Positions 62,891 through 64,000 of a DNA stretch of 64,000 nt are shown one piece after another. The first letter of the stretch is position 1, and every line of letters starts with the position of its first letter. The DNA is from Bispira polyomma (taxonomy: Eukaryota), in the NCBI GenBank assembly GCA_965649765.1, contig OZ287751.1:5332001-5396000 (forward strand). Reading direction: 5' to 3'. A program made the position numbers and the translations under genes. The notes beneath the pieces were generated by a model. The model saw nothing but the letters and a program-made list of their open reading frames with translations, searched no databases and was not told the DNA's origin.

Positions 62891-64000
62891 ATGCTTGGGA
62901 ATAGAAGTGAGTTAAAGCTATGGATTTTCATGATGATAACATTGGTTTTGTATGGAGGGGATACCATGGTTTGGTCCGTACAGGGAGAGGACATCTCCGA
63001 TGTATCAGGTCATAGGTCAAAGTCGGCTCAGATTACCGGAGACATCATGTTGGGAGGGCTGTTTCCCGTCCACAAGAAGACGGAGAACGAACTGCCGTGT
63101 GGGGAGATCCAGGATGGACGGGGCATCCAGAGACTAGAAGCCATGCTGTTCACCGTGGACCATATCAACAACAATCCCAGTGTGCTGCCAGGTGTCACAC
63201 TGGGAGCCAATATCCTGGATACCTGCTCCAGAGATACCTATGCCCTGGAAGAGTCTCTGGAGTATGTCAGGGGGTCGATGAGTTCATTCGATGACATGGC
63301 CTATGTCTGTCAGGACGGTTCTGTGCCTGAAGCAAAGAATGCACCAGTGTCAGTGGTGGGGGTCATCGGGGGGTCATATAGTAGTGTCTCTATCCAGGTA
63401 GCCAATCTGCTGCGACTGTTCAAAATCCCTCAGGTAAGCTATGCGTCCACAAGTGCAGCACTCAGCGACAAGGGCCGCTTTGACCTCTTTGCTAGAACTG
63501 TCCCACCAGATAACTACCAGGCCAAAGCTATGGTAGATATCGCTGAGTACTTTAACTGGTCCTACGTCAGTACAGTGGCAAGTGTAGGGGAATACGGGGA
63601 GAATGGCATCTACTCCTTCCAAACGGAGGCCCGGGCAAGGAATATATGCATAGCAATAGCAGAGAAGATTCCACAGTATGCCACACCAAGTGATTTTGAG
63701 AATGTCATTTATGCTCTGAAAAGGAAGCCAAATGCTCGGGTGGTGATCTTGTTTCTAAGAGCAGAAGATGCTACAAATTTGCTGAACGCAGCGAAAAAGT
63801 TTGATCCAGATCACAGTTTTGTATGGATTGCAAGTGACGGCTGGGGTAGAGAGGAAACGCCTGTGAGGGACAATATTGGCCCCGCTGCGGGGGCACTAAC
63901 TATAGAGTTGCAGTCCATGGCACTGCCTGGGTTTGATGACTATTTTAAAAATTTAAATCCTTTTACAAATCTAAGAAATCCATGGTTCAAAGAATACTGG
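62891..64000 (+). CDS. GRM3: Group II metabotropic glutamate receptor (GRM2/GRM3-like, invertebrate mGluRA type); signal peptide + Venus flytrap domain, partial at 3' end
   Basis: 370 open codons, MLGNRSELKLWIFMMITLVL...GDIMLGGLFPVH...RGIQRLEAML...ILDTCSRDTYALE...GVIGGSYSSVSIQVANLLRLF...SYASTS...FARTVPPD...ARARNICIA...WIASDGWG...RNPWFKEYW; upstream in-frame TGA at 62843. Confidence 0.96.
   Translation, partial: MLGNRSELKLWIFMMITLVLYGGDTMVWSVQGEDISDVSGHRSKSAQITGDIMLGGLFPVHKKTENELPCGEIQDGRGIQRLEAMLFTVDHINNNPSVLPGVTLGANILDTCSRDTYALEESLEYVRGSMSSFDDMAYVCQDGSVPEAKNAPVSVVGVIGGSYSSVSIQVANLLRLFKIPQVSYASTSAALSDKGRFDLFARTVPPDNYQAKAMVDIAEYFNWSYVSTVASVGEYGENGIYSFQTEARARNICIAIAEKIPQYATPSDFENVIYALKRKPNARVVILFLRAEDATNLLNAAKKFDPDHSFVWIASDGWGREETPVRDNIGPAAGALTIELQSMALPGFDDYFKNLNPFTNLRNPWFKEYW

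Noticed and set aside
62952-63622. Short ORFs listed over the receptor exon
   Set aside because: Alternative-frame or antisense shadows of the real ORF starting at 62891

Overview
AT-rich metazoan (probably marine invertebrate) genomic DNA in four zones. (1) 1-~37250: a tandem tRNA-gene array, open at the left edge. Each unit has a ~755-bp spacer, tRNA-Arg(CCT) on the minus strand, a ~277-bp spacer, then a run of 2-5 plus-strand tRNA-Val genes on a 254-bp sub-repeat (AAC copies first, a TAC copy always last). I count 22 Arg and 67 Val copies, many degenerate. (2) ~37250-49350: a decayed exon of a transposon-like gene, then a degenerate minus-strand DIRS/Ngaro tyrosine-recombinase retrotransposon. 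Its RT is split by a near full-length CR1-group LINE (8-bp TSD, poly-A tail, 2A-like DVQPNPGP motif). A diverged relic of the tRNA-array unit follows. (3) ~49350-62800: intergenic DNA with LINE fragments (L2, RTE), MITEs, a candidate CCAAT promoter and a 132-N gap. (4) 62891-64000: the uninterrupted 5' coding part of a group II metabotropic glutamate receptor, absent from the ORF track because it runs off the window. All calls come from manual reading, with no database searches.
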